Shown: positions 28,602 to 34,963 of the stretch, one piece after another | Layout: every line of letters starts with the position of its first letter | How positions within the stretch are numbered: the stretch's first letter is position 1 | DNA from: Hydrurus foetidus | Taxonomy: Eukaryota | Direction of reading: 5' to 3' | Length of the DNA stretch: 34,963 nt | Assembly: GCA_900617105.1 (NCBI GenBank) | Contig: UYFQ01000001.1 | Location: 5,084,001-5,118,963 of the forward strand | Made by a program: the position numbers and the translations under genes | The notes under the pieces: model-generated | What the model saw: the letters and a program-made list of their open reading frames with translations, nothing else | The model's database searches: none | What the model was told of the DNA's origin: nothing

Positions 28602-29663
28602 ATGGCAAGCGCTAACAAAATAGAAATTGACGCGCTAATCATCGGCGCGGGCCCCGTCGGCTTGTTTCAGGTCTTTCAGCTTGGCCTACTCGAAATTAAA
28701 TGCCACGTCATTGACGCGCTGCCCTACCCCGGCGGCCAGTGCATTGAGCTGTACCCCGACAAACCCATCTACGACATACCCGGTACGCCGCGCACCACAG
28801 GCCGCGAGCTGACTGCCAGCCTGCTTAAACAAGCAGCGCCCTTCAACGCTACTTTTCACCTTGGCCACACCGTTACGGCCGTTGAAAAATTAGCCGACGG
28901 AAGCTTTGCGGTGGGTACATCGCTCGGTACGCAGTTCAAGACTAAAGTCATCGTCATTGCAGCCGGCGTTGGCGCGTTTCAGCCTAAAAAACTGGCGGTT
29001 GATGACCTGGTGCAGTTTGAAAACCAGCAACTTTTCTACCATTCAAACGATGCGGCGAACTTTAATGGCAAGCATGTACTGGTCGTTGGCGGTGATGACG
29101 CCGCGCTTGAATGCGCCATTGACCTTGCCAAAACGAGCACGGCGAAAAGCATCACGCTGCTCCACCGCCGCGACGTGTACCAAGCTGCACCCGTGCTGGT
29201 CGCACAAGTCAAAGCACGCGAACTCGCAGGCAAGCTGGCGTTAAAGGTGGGCCAAGTCACGGGCTTTGATGCAGCCAGTGACAAGCTGACAGCGGCCAGC
29301 ATCACGGGCGTGGATGGCACTGCCCGCAGCGTGCCGGTAGACACCCTGCTGGTCTACCTTGGACTATCACCCAAGCTTGGGCCGATTGCCGACTGGGGCC
29401 TTGACATGGCCAAAAAGCAGGTGGCGGTTGATACTGAAAAGTTTTCTACCAACGTGCGCGGCATATTCGCCGTGGGCGACATCAACACCTACCCCGGCAA
29501 GAAAAAACTGATTTTGAGCGGCTTTCACGAATGCGCGCTGGCCGCTTTTGGCGCAGCAGAAATCGTGTACCCCGGCAAGAATCCACAGCTCGAATACACC
29601 ACCAGCAGCACGCGATTGCACCGGCTGCTGGGTGTCGATGGGCAAGCAACAACCAAGCCTTGA
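28602..29663 (+). CDS. Ferredoxin--NADP+ reductase (TrxB-type/YumC-like)
   Basis: GAGPVG, GGQCIELYPDKPIYDIP, GGDDAA, HRRD, GDINTYPGKKKLILSGFHE. Confidence 0.88.
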   Translation: MASANKIEIDALIIGAGPVGLFQVFQLGLLEIKCHVIDALPYPGGQCIELYPDKPIYDIPGTPRTTGRELTASLLKQAAPFNATFHLGHTVTAVEKLADGSFAVGTSLGTQFKTKVIVIAAGVGAFQPKKLAVDDLVQFENQQLFYHSNDAANFNGKHVLVVGGDDAALECAIDLAKTSTAKSITLLHRRDVYQAAPVLVAQVKARELAGKLALKVGQVTGFDAASDKLTAASITGVDGTARSVPVDTLLVYLGLSPKLGPIADWGLDMAKKQVAVDTEKFSTNVRGIFAVGDINTYPGKKKLILSGFHECALAAFGAAEIVYPGKNPQLEYTTSSTRLHRLLGVDGQATTKP

Positions 29664-29676
29664 ACGCCAGTCAGTT

Positions 29677-29748
29677 GCTATTAAATAAAGAGCTGCTCGC
29701 GCCCGCATTTATTGGGTGAAAAGCACTTTTAATGCCTGAAAAGTACTT
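29677..29748 (-). repeat. R2 repeat copy 7
   Basis: GCTATTAAATAAAGAGCTGCTCGCGCCCGCATTTATTGGG + AAGCACTTTT..AAAAGTACTT hairpin. Confidence 0.85.
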
Positions 29749-29760
29749 GTACAGCGTGAA

Positions 29761-29958
29761 TCAGCCCAGTTTGCGCGCAGAGCAAGTGTTCCAGCCAAAC
29801 AGCGCGTAAGGCGGGCACCAACCCATTGCTGCCGTAGCCAGCGGAATAAAGCCCAGATAGCCCCACCAGCCCACAGTGCCAGTAGCAGCAAGCGCGATCA
29901 AAACCAGGCCAATAACGGCGCGCAAAATGCGGTCAATACCGCCAACGTTTTTTGTCAT
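29761..29958 (-). CDS. DUF2892 / YgaP-like membrane protein
   Basis: MTKNVGGIDRILR..G, GWCPPY.LFG.NTC; AAGGAG RBS. Confidence 0.9.
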   Translation of the reverse strand: MTKNVGGIDRILRAVIGLVLIALAATGTVGWWGYLGFIPLATAAMGWCPPYALFGWNTCSARKLG

Positions 29959-30086
29959 GGGAGTCTCCTTCAAAAAGGGTTAATCAACGAGAGCTTGGTT
30001 ATTAAGCGCTTCATTTGCTGCAACTTCAATGATGTACATCAAGCTTGTTTGATTTGTCCGGGTAAGGGAGAACCTTTGGCAAGTCC

Positions 30087-30482
30087 TTAGCCACGTCTTT
30101 GGACTAAAAACACCCACGCAAAGAACACCATAAACACAAAGTCATTGATGCCATAAATGCTGAAAAACGCGCCCGCAAAAACGTCTTTTGCATACAGCTC
30201 GGGCAGGCTATTTTTTGACAACCACGTTACCCAAACCATCACGTACACCAGCTTTTCCAAAGCAAATGCACCCGCCAGCCATTTGATGTTTGCGTTGATT
30301 GCCGCAGCGCCCAGGTAAGCAAAGCCCCAGACCACAATCATCACCAGCCCAAAGTTGGACATCACCACCGGGTCGGCGTTATTGATGGCGGTGTTGGTGA
30401 AAGCGCGAGAAAACAGCAAAACGCCGCCGATGTTCATCAGGCCAGCTGCGATGAATCCGATTTTTATCAGTTTTGTATTCAT
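30087..30482 (-). CDS. Hypothetical membrane protein (about 4 TM)
   Basis: 131 aa with four hydrophobic segments. Confidence 0.78.
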   Translation of the reverse strand: MNTKLIKIGFIAAGLMNIGGVLLFSRAFTNTAINNADPVVMSNFGLVMIVVWGFAYLGAAAINANIKWLAGAFALEKLVYVMVWVTWLSKNSLPELYAKDVFAGAFFSIYGINDFVFMVFFAWVFLVQRRG

Positions 30483-30716
30483 TTGTTATCCGGTGTAGAA
30501 TAAAGTACTACTGATGAACAAACCGCGCTGGCGCTCGCGCGACAGCTTTGGCAACTGCACGTTAGCGCAGCTCGTTTATGTCAAAAATGTAATCGTAAAA
30601 CGGCGCGCATTTGTACTTTAAACATCATTGCTGCGACAAAATCGTGAGCGCGTATTGTGCCAAGCATCTACTTGTCCACTTTCAGAAAATTCAGTCACAT
30701 AACCCAAAGCAGACTT

Positions 30717-32108
30717 ATGAAACATACCAACCAGTTGCCAACCAAAATACCCGCTGCCCTGAATCATTTGAGAGGAACCTCAGCAAAAGGCACGTTGACA
30801 GCAATGTTTGTTGCCTTGGCGCTGGCCGGGTGCGGGGGCCTCAAAGATGACGAAGAGGCCGCAACTGTCGTCGCTGCACCCGCCATCACGGTTCAGCCCG
30901 CAAACCTTACCGTTACCGAGCTGCAGCCTGCGTCTTTCAGCGTGACGGCTACGGGTGCCGCGCCTTTGAGCTATGAGTGGCGGCGCAACGGCACGCCTAT
31001 TACTGGCGCTACGTCGGCGACGTTAACGCTTCCGGCTACATTAGCGGCCGACCACAACGCCAAATATTCGGTAGTGGTGAGCAACAGCGCCGGCACAGCG
31101 GCCAGCACTGAGGCCGTGCTGACACAAGAGCTGCCCATGTTTTTGCTGGGCGGGCAGTCCAACATGGTTGGTAGCACTGATCGCACTCTTTATACAGAGC
31201 TTTTGGCCGACTTGGAAAGCGGAACTGATGCACAGACCACCAAGACTAATCTGGCCAAGCGCATCAAAGACTGGACCACCGCCATAACAGGGTACGAAGA
31301 TCCGGAAAAGCTCAAGCCGGTGAGATACAGGGCATATGGCTACTCGGACAGCATGGCTGCCCTCGAAGCGTCTGAGTTAGTGCGATTGAAGTCTTTAGGG
31401 TTGGTAGGCAACTTTTTGAACACCCCCAGCACCAACGTGTTTTGCTCGGCTAATGAAAGCGCTCTGGTGCCTCTTCAGGCAATGATTCCAGAAAAAGTGG
31501 AATGTGCCAGCCCGGTTGGGCCTGAACACGTATTTGGGCGGGCTCTTGGTAAAGCCGGGCACTCGTCAACCTCGGTGATCAAGGTCGCCGTTGGCGGAAC
31601 CAGTTTGTACGACGACTGGCGCAGCCCAAGCATGGGCGGCGAAACCAGCGCAAAATCAGTGTTGTATGCAAAGCTACGCACGCGTATCCAGTCTTTAAAG
31701 TCGAACCCAACCAGCGTCAACCCCGCTTGCAATGCCAGAGCGTGCAAATGGTCTGCATTCGTCTGGTTTCAAGGCGAAGCCGACGCACTTAAAGCAACCG
31801 AAATTGCAGCTTACGAGCAAAACCTGAAAAACTTTATCGCAGATGTGCGCGCCGACGTGGGCTCGCCCACCCTTCCGGTGGTGATTGTCCAGATCGGAGC
31901 CTGGGCACAGTCCCTAAGCGGTGGTCAAGGCAAGACCGTCGCAAATGCGCAAACCGCAATCGTCAAAGCAGACCCCTACGCCCGCATCGTCAACACGGCA
32001 GACCTCAATGGCTTTTTCCACTACGATCCGGCTGCGCAATTGATTATTGGTGAGCGCGTTTCACTGGCCGTCAAATCACTTATGGACGCTGCGCCTGCAG
32101 CTAAATAA
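30717..32108 (+). CDS. Lipoprotein with Ig-like domain and SGNH sialate O-acetylesterase (SASA)-like domain
   Basis: Lipobox LAGC; APAITVQP..FSVTATG..PLSYEW..NG..Y.VVVSN.AG Ig motif; GQSNM, GGTSL, WFQGEAD, FFHY; start uncertain. Confidence 0.8.
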   Translation: MKHTNQLPTKIPAALNHLRGTSAKGTLTAMFVALALAGCGGLKDDEEAATVVAAPAITVQPANLTVTELQPASFSVTATGAAPLSYEWRRNGTPITGATSATLTLPATLAADHNAKYSVVVSNSAGTAASTEAVLTQELPMFLLGGQSNMVGSTDRTLYTELLADLESGTDAQTTKTNLAKRIKDWTTAITGYEDPEKLKPVRYRAYGYSDSMAALEASELVRLKSLGLVGNFLNTPSTNVFCSANESALVPLQAMIPEKVECASPVGPEHVFGRALGKAGHSSTSVIKVAVGGTSLYDDWRSPSMGGETSAKSVLYAKLRTRIQSLKSNPTSVNPACNARACKWSAFVWFQGEADALKATEIAAYEQNLKNFIADVRADVGSPTLPVVIVQIGAWAQSLSGGQGKTVANAQTAIVKADPYARIVNTADLNGFFHYDPAAQLIIGERVSLAVKSLMDAAPAAK

Positions 32109-32172
32109 GCAGCGCGAACTGCAGGCAGCAGAGCGGTACTTTATTGATAGCCTTCCGGTAGCCCAAGTTGAC

Positions 32173-32198
32173 GCATGAATGCTAAGCTGCATCGATGC
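32173..32198 (+). promoter_or_regulatory. Extended -10 promoter flanked by GCAT-NN-ATGC boxes (putative antitoxin operator)
   Basis: GCATGAATGC (32173-82), TG-C-TAAGCT, GCATCGATGC (32189-98, overlapping the ATG). Confidence 0.55.
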
Positions 32199-32476
32199 GA
32201 ACTCCCCTGAATCTACCTGATCCGCTTTTGCGCAACCTGAAAATCCAGGCGGCGCAAAGCGGCAAAAGCTTGAAGACCCTGCTTAACGAGCTAATAGTTC
32301 GCACCATGTCCACGCCAGCCGTGCCTGCGCAGGTGACGGCGCCCACCCTACCGGTGCTCAACCGGCTGAGGAGCAGCAAATTTAAATCAGTGTCCGTTAA
32401 CAGCAGCGCCATTCTTTCTGACGTGCAGCTGCAAGACGACCTCGATAAGCTGCGCCGCTCTTGCTTTATTCAATGA
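32195..32476 (+). CDS. Putative RHH antitoxin (VapB-like)
   Basis: MRTPLNLPDPLLRNLKIQAAQSGKSLKTLL ribbon-helix-helix-like N-terminus; ATGA overlap with the toxin remnant. Confidence 0.65.
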   Translation: MRTPLNLPDPLLRNLKIQAAQSGKSLKTLLNELIVRTMSTPAVPAQVTAPTLPVLNRLRSSKFKSVSVNSSAILSDVQLQDDLDKLRRSCFIQ

Positions 32477-32571
32477 GTCACTCTGACTTGCCGGAAGTGA
32501 ATATTTGAGAGGATGTGGGCCTAGACTATTTGCACCTCAAGCCCGTTCCTACAGTCATCGCTAAGTCGTAG
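32473..32571 (+). pseudogene. Internally deleted VapC/PIN toxin remnant
   Basis: MSHSDLPEVNI*EDVGLDYLHLKPVPTVIAKS* in one frame; resembles PIN N-terminal DLPDxNxW and C-terminal GLxxLxL segments. Confidence 0.5.
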
Positions 32572-32573
32572 CT

Positions 32574-32643
32574 GCTATTAATTCAGGAGCTGGTTACGCC
32601 CGTATTTATTGGTCTACAGGCCAGATTAATGTCTAAAAATGCC
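32574..32643 (-). repeat. R2 repeat copy 8
   Basis: GCTATTAATTCAGGAGCTGGTTACGCCCGTATTTATTGGTCTACAGGCC + hairpin. Confidence 0.82.
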
Positions 32644-32688
32644 TTTAAAATAGCATTTTTAGCCCTAACGCCATCAATGCGCAAATTT

Positions 32689-34008
32689 ATGTCGACTGCT
32701 CAAAACTCCACTTCCAAGATTTCCGATACGGCCAACACCGCCCTCACCCCGCTGCGAGCAGCCGAGCGTTCATTTGCCTTCAGCGACCACGCGGCGCTGT
32801 GGTTCAGCCTGGGCGTTGGCCTGCTGGTGATGCAAATTGGCGCGTACCTGGTGCCAGCCGTCGGCCCACAGCAAGCTGCGCTGGTAATTTTGTTGGGCTC
32901 TATCTTGGGTGCAGGCTTGCTGGCGTGGACGGCCAAGCTAGGTTGCGACACTGGCCTGGCCAGCTCGGGCCTGATGCATGCCACCTACGGCTCAAGCTTT
33001 GCCAAATTACCGGTGTTGCTAAACATCGTGCAGTTGGTCGGCTGGACCACGTTTGAACTGGTTGTGATGCGCGACGGTGCAGCAGCAATTGCCAAGCAGT
33101 CTGGCTTTGCCGCGCCCTGGTTGCCGTTTGCGGCCACGCTGGTGCTGGGCGGCGTGCTGGTGGCGCTGTCTTATGGCTCGATGGTCAAGCTGGTTCGTAA
33201 ATTTATTGGCCGCTATGGCTTGCCACTGGTCATTGCGTCGCTGGTGTGGTTAACCTGGCAATTTTTGGGCAAAACCAACGCGCAAGGTTTAAGCGCCATC
33301 TGGAACAAGCCCGGCACGGGCGGCATGAGCACCATGCAGGCACTCGATTTGGTGATTGCCATGCCCGTGTCGTGGCTGCCACTGGTGGCCGACTTTGCGC
33401 GGCACGGCCTAGGCGGCAAAGCGGGCGGCACCAGCGCGTTTCGGGGCACTTGGCTGGGCTATGCGGTGGCCAACATTTGGTGCTACTCGCTCGGCGTATT
33501 GATTGCGATCACCACGCCCAGCACCGACTTGGTCGTGGCGCTGCTGCTGGCACAAGGCGGCTTGATTGCACTGGGTTTGATTTTGATCGACGAGATGGAC
33601 AACGCTTACGGCGACGTGTATTCAGGGGCAGTGGCTGGCCACAGTTTGAAGTCAGGCTGGTCGGTACGCCACATCGCTGTAGGCGTGGCGGTGGTTTGCA
33701 CAGCGCTGGCCATGGTGCTGCCGATGCACGCGCTGGAGCCGTTTTTGTTGATGCTTAGCTCGGTGTTTATTCCGCTGTACGGCGTGATTTTGGCGCGCTT
33801 GGTGGGCAAGCCCAACGTGGCCGCGCTGGTGACTGAGAGGCAGGTTAATTACAGCGCGGTGTTGGTGTGGTTCAGTGGCGTGGTGTTTTATCACGCCATG
33901 GCGAATATGGCACCTGCTTACGGCGCGGCCATTCCTACGCTGGTGTTGACGTTTGTGCTGGCTAAATTGATGAGCGACAAAGCGGTTAGCCGCCCCGCCG
34001 CCGCTTGA
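32689..34008 (+). CDS. cytX: NCS1 purine-cytosine permease family, CytX-like hydroxymethylpyrimidine transporter (start uncertain, 32629 possible)
   Basis: ALWFSLGVGLLV, LNIVQLVGWTTFE, IAMPVSWLPLVAD; multi-TM; next to thiD. Confidence 0.75.
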   Translation: MSTAQNSTSKISDTANTALTPLRAAERSFAFSDHAALWFSLGVGLLVMQIGAYLVPAVGPQQAALVILLGSILGAGLLAWTAKLGCDTGLASSGLMHATYGSSFAKLPVLLNIVQLVGWTTFELVVMRDGAAAIAKQSGFAAPWLPFAATLVLGGVLVALSYGSMVKLVRKFIGRYGLPLVIASLVWLTWQFLGKTNAQGLSAIWNKPGTGGMSTMQALDLVIAMPVSWLPLVADFARHGLGGKAGGTSAFRGTWLGYAVANIWCYSLGVLIAITTPSTDLVVALLLAQGGLIALGLILIDEMDNAYGDVYSGAVAGHSLKSGWSVRHIAVGVAVVCTALAMVLPMHALEPFLLMLSSVFIPLYGVILARLVGKPNVAALVTERQVNYSAVLVWFSGVVFYHAMANMAPAYGAAIPTLVLTFVLAKLMSDKAVSRPAAA

Positions 34009-34010
34009 CG

Positions 34011-34868
34011 TTAATTAAGTGGCAACAAACGCATCGGCAGCGGCGCAAAGCTGTGGTTTAACGGCCCGCTGCCCTGCCCGGTTTTAACGCTGGCACCCGC
34101 CGCGAGAGCGCCGCGCACATACAGTCGCGCAGCTTCAACTGCATCAACCAGCGTGTAGCCCAACGCCAAATAGGCTGCAATAGCTGAAGACAAGGTGCAG
34201 CCCGTGCCGTGCGTGTTGGCCGTGGCAATGCGCGGCGCACGCATCCAGTGCGGCGCGCCGCCCGCAACTTGCAGCAAGTCGCTCACCACGTCACCCGCCA
34301 AATGCCCGCCTTTGACCAGCACGGCGTTTGCGCCTTTGGCCAGCAGCTCAATTGCGGCGGCTTGCATGTCTTGCTCATTGGCCAGCGTGCGGCCGACAAG
34401 CAGCGAAGCCTCATCCAGGTTCGGCGTAATCACCACCGCCCGGCCAAACAGCTCCCGCACCAACGCGGCAATAGCGGGGCTGTCAATTAACACCGCGCCG
34501 CTGGTGGCCACCATCACAGGGTCAAGCACCACGTGCGCCAGCGCATGGCGGTCAATCGCGCTGGCAACGGTTTGCACCACCTCGGGCGAATGCAACATGC
34601 CAATCTTGATTGCGTCAACGCCAATGTCTTCTACCACCGCATCAATCTGATTTCGCAGCATGTCAGGCGGCACACCGTGAATAGACCGTACGCCAGTTGT
34701 GTTTTGCGCTGTCAGCGCCGTAATGGCCGACATGCCAAAGCAACCGAGTGCCGAGAATGTTTTAAGGTCAGCCTGAATGCCCGCGCCACCGCCGCTGTCT
34801 GAGCCTGCGATGGTGAGCAGGCGGGGGTATTGGTGGGTGAAAGCAGAGTTCAGCGGCGAATTTGTCAT
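34011..34868 (-). CDS. thiD: Hydroxymethylpyrimidine/phosphomethylpyrimidine kinase
   Basis: LTIAGSDSGGGAGIQADLKTF, KIGML, DPVM, TPNLDEA, KGGH, THGTGCTLSSA. Confidence 0.96.
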   Translation of the reverse strand: MTNSPLNSAFTHQYPRLLTIAGSDSGGGAGIQADLKTFSALGCFGMSAITALTAQNTTGVRSIHGVPPDMLRNQIDAVVEDIGVDAIKIGMLHSPEVVQTVASAIDRHALAHVVLDPVMVATSGAVLIDSPAIAALVRELFGRAVVITPNLDEASLLVGRTLANEQDMQAAAIELLAKGANAVLVKGGHLAGDVVSDLLQVAGGAPHWMRAPRIATANTHGTGCTLSSAIAAYLALGYTLVDAVEAARLYVRGALAAGASVKTGQGSGPLNHSFAPLPMRLLPLN

Positions 34869-34963
34869 GGCCCCGATGGTATTTGAAAGTGCAGTGACAA
34901 AACCAGACGGCTGCAAGCCAGAGCGGCGTGTGAGGTAACAGGGGATGCTTTCGCAGCAATGCA

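Noticed and set aside
30540..30580. ACGTTAGCG as a possible attC right end before the SGNH lipoprotein
   Set aside because: Does not fit GTTRRRY and no matching left arm was found.

Overview
Chromosomal segment of a Comamonadaceae-like betaproteobacterium (Polaromonas/Rhodoferax-like gene content; lineage inferred, not verified). Left to right: the 5' part of a YgiQ radical-SAM gene running off the left edge; CHRD, PA2169-like and GST genes; a protocatechuate 4,5-cleavage cluster (ligJ-K-I-A-B-C) headed by a signal-peptide-less ModA-fold gene and lacking ligU; divergent lysR-aroE; an RNA-related cluster (RhlE-like helicase, Gly-rich RRM protein, DUF6172, small Cys protein) with an AT-rich orphan in it; yggX-mnmC; a TetR-SRPBCC-SRPBCC-DUF1428 operon; a sulfate-assimilation operon (tauE-cysI-DUF934-cysH-cysD-cysN-fdxA-FNR); an Ig/SGNH lipoprotein; a decayed vapBC-like locus; and convergent cytX/thiD. 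Main observations: (1) three families of small palindromic repeats (12 copies seen), one inserted in frame in ygiQ, one encoding the DUF934 N-terminus, and several at sulfur-operon junctions or next to gene remnants; (2) an aconitate-isomerase-like ModA-fold protein that may stand in for the missing LigU; (3) pseudogene remnants and candidate leaderless genes. All family assignments come from recognising motifs by eye; no searches were run.
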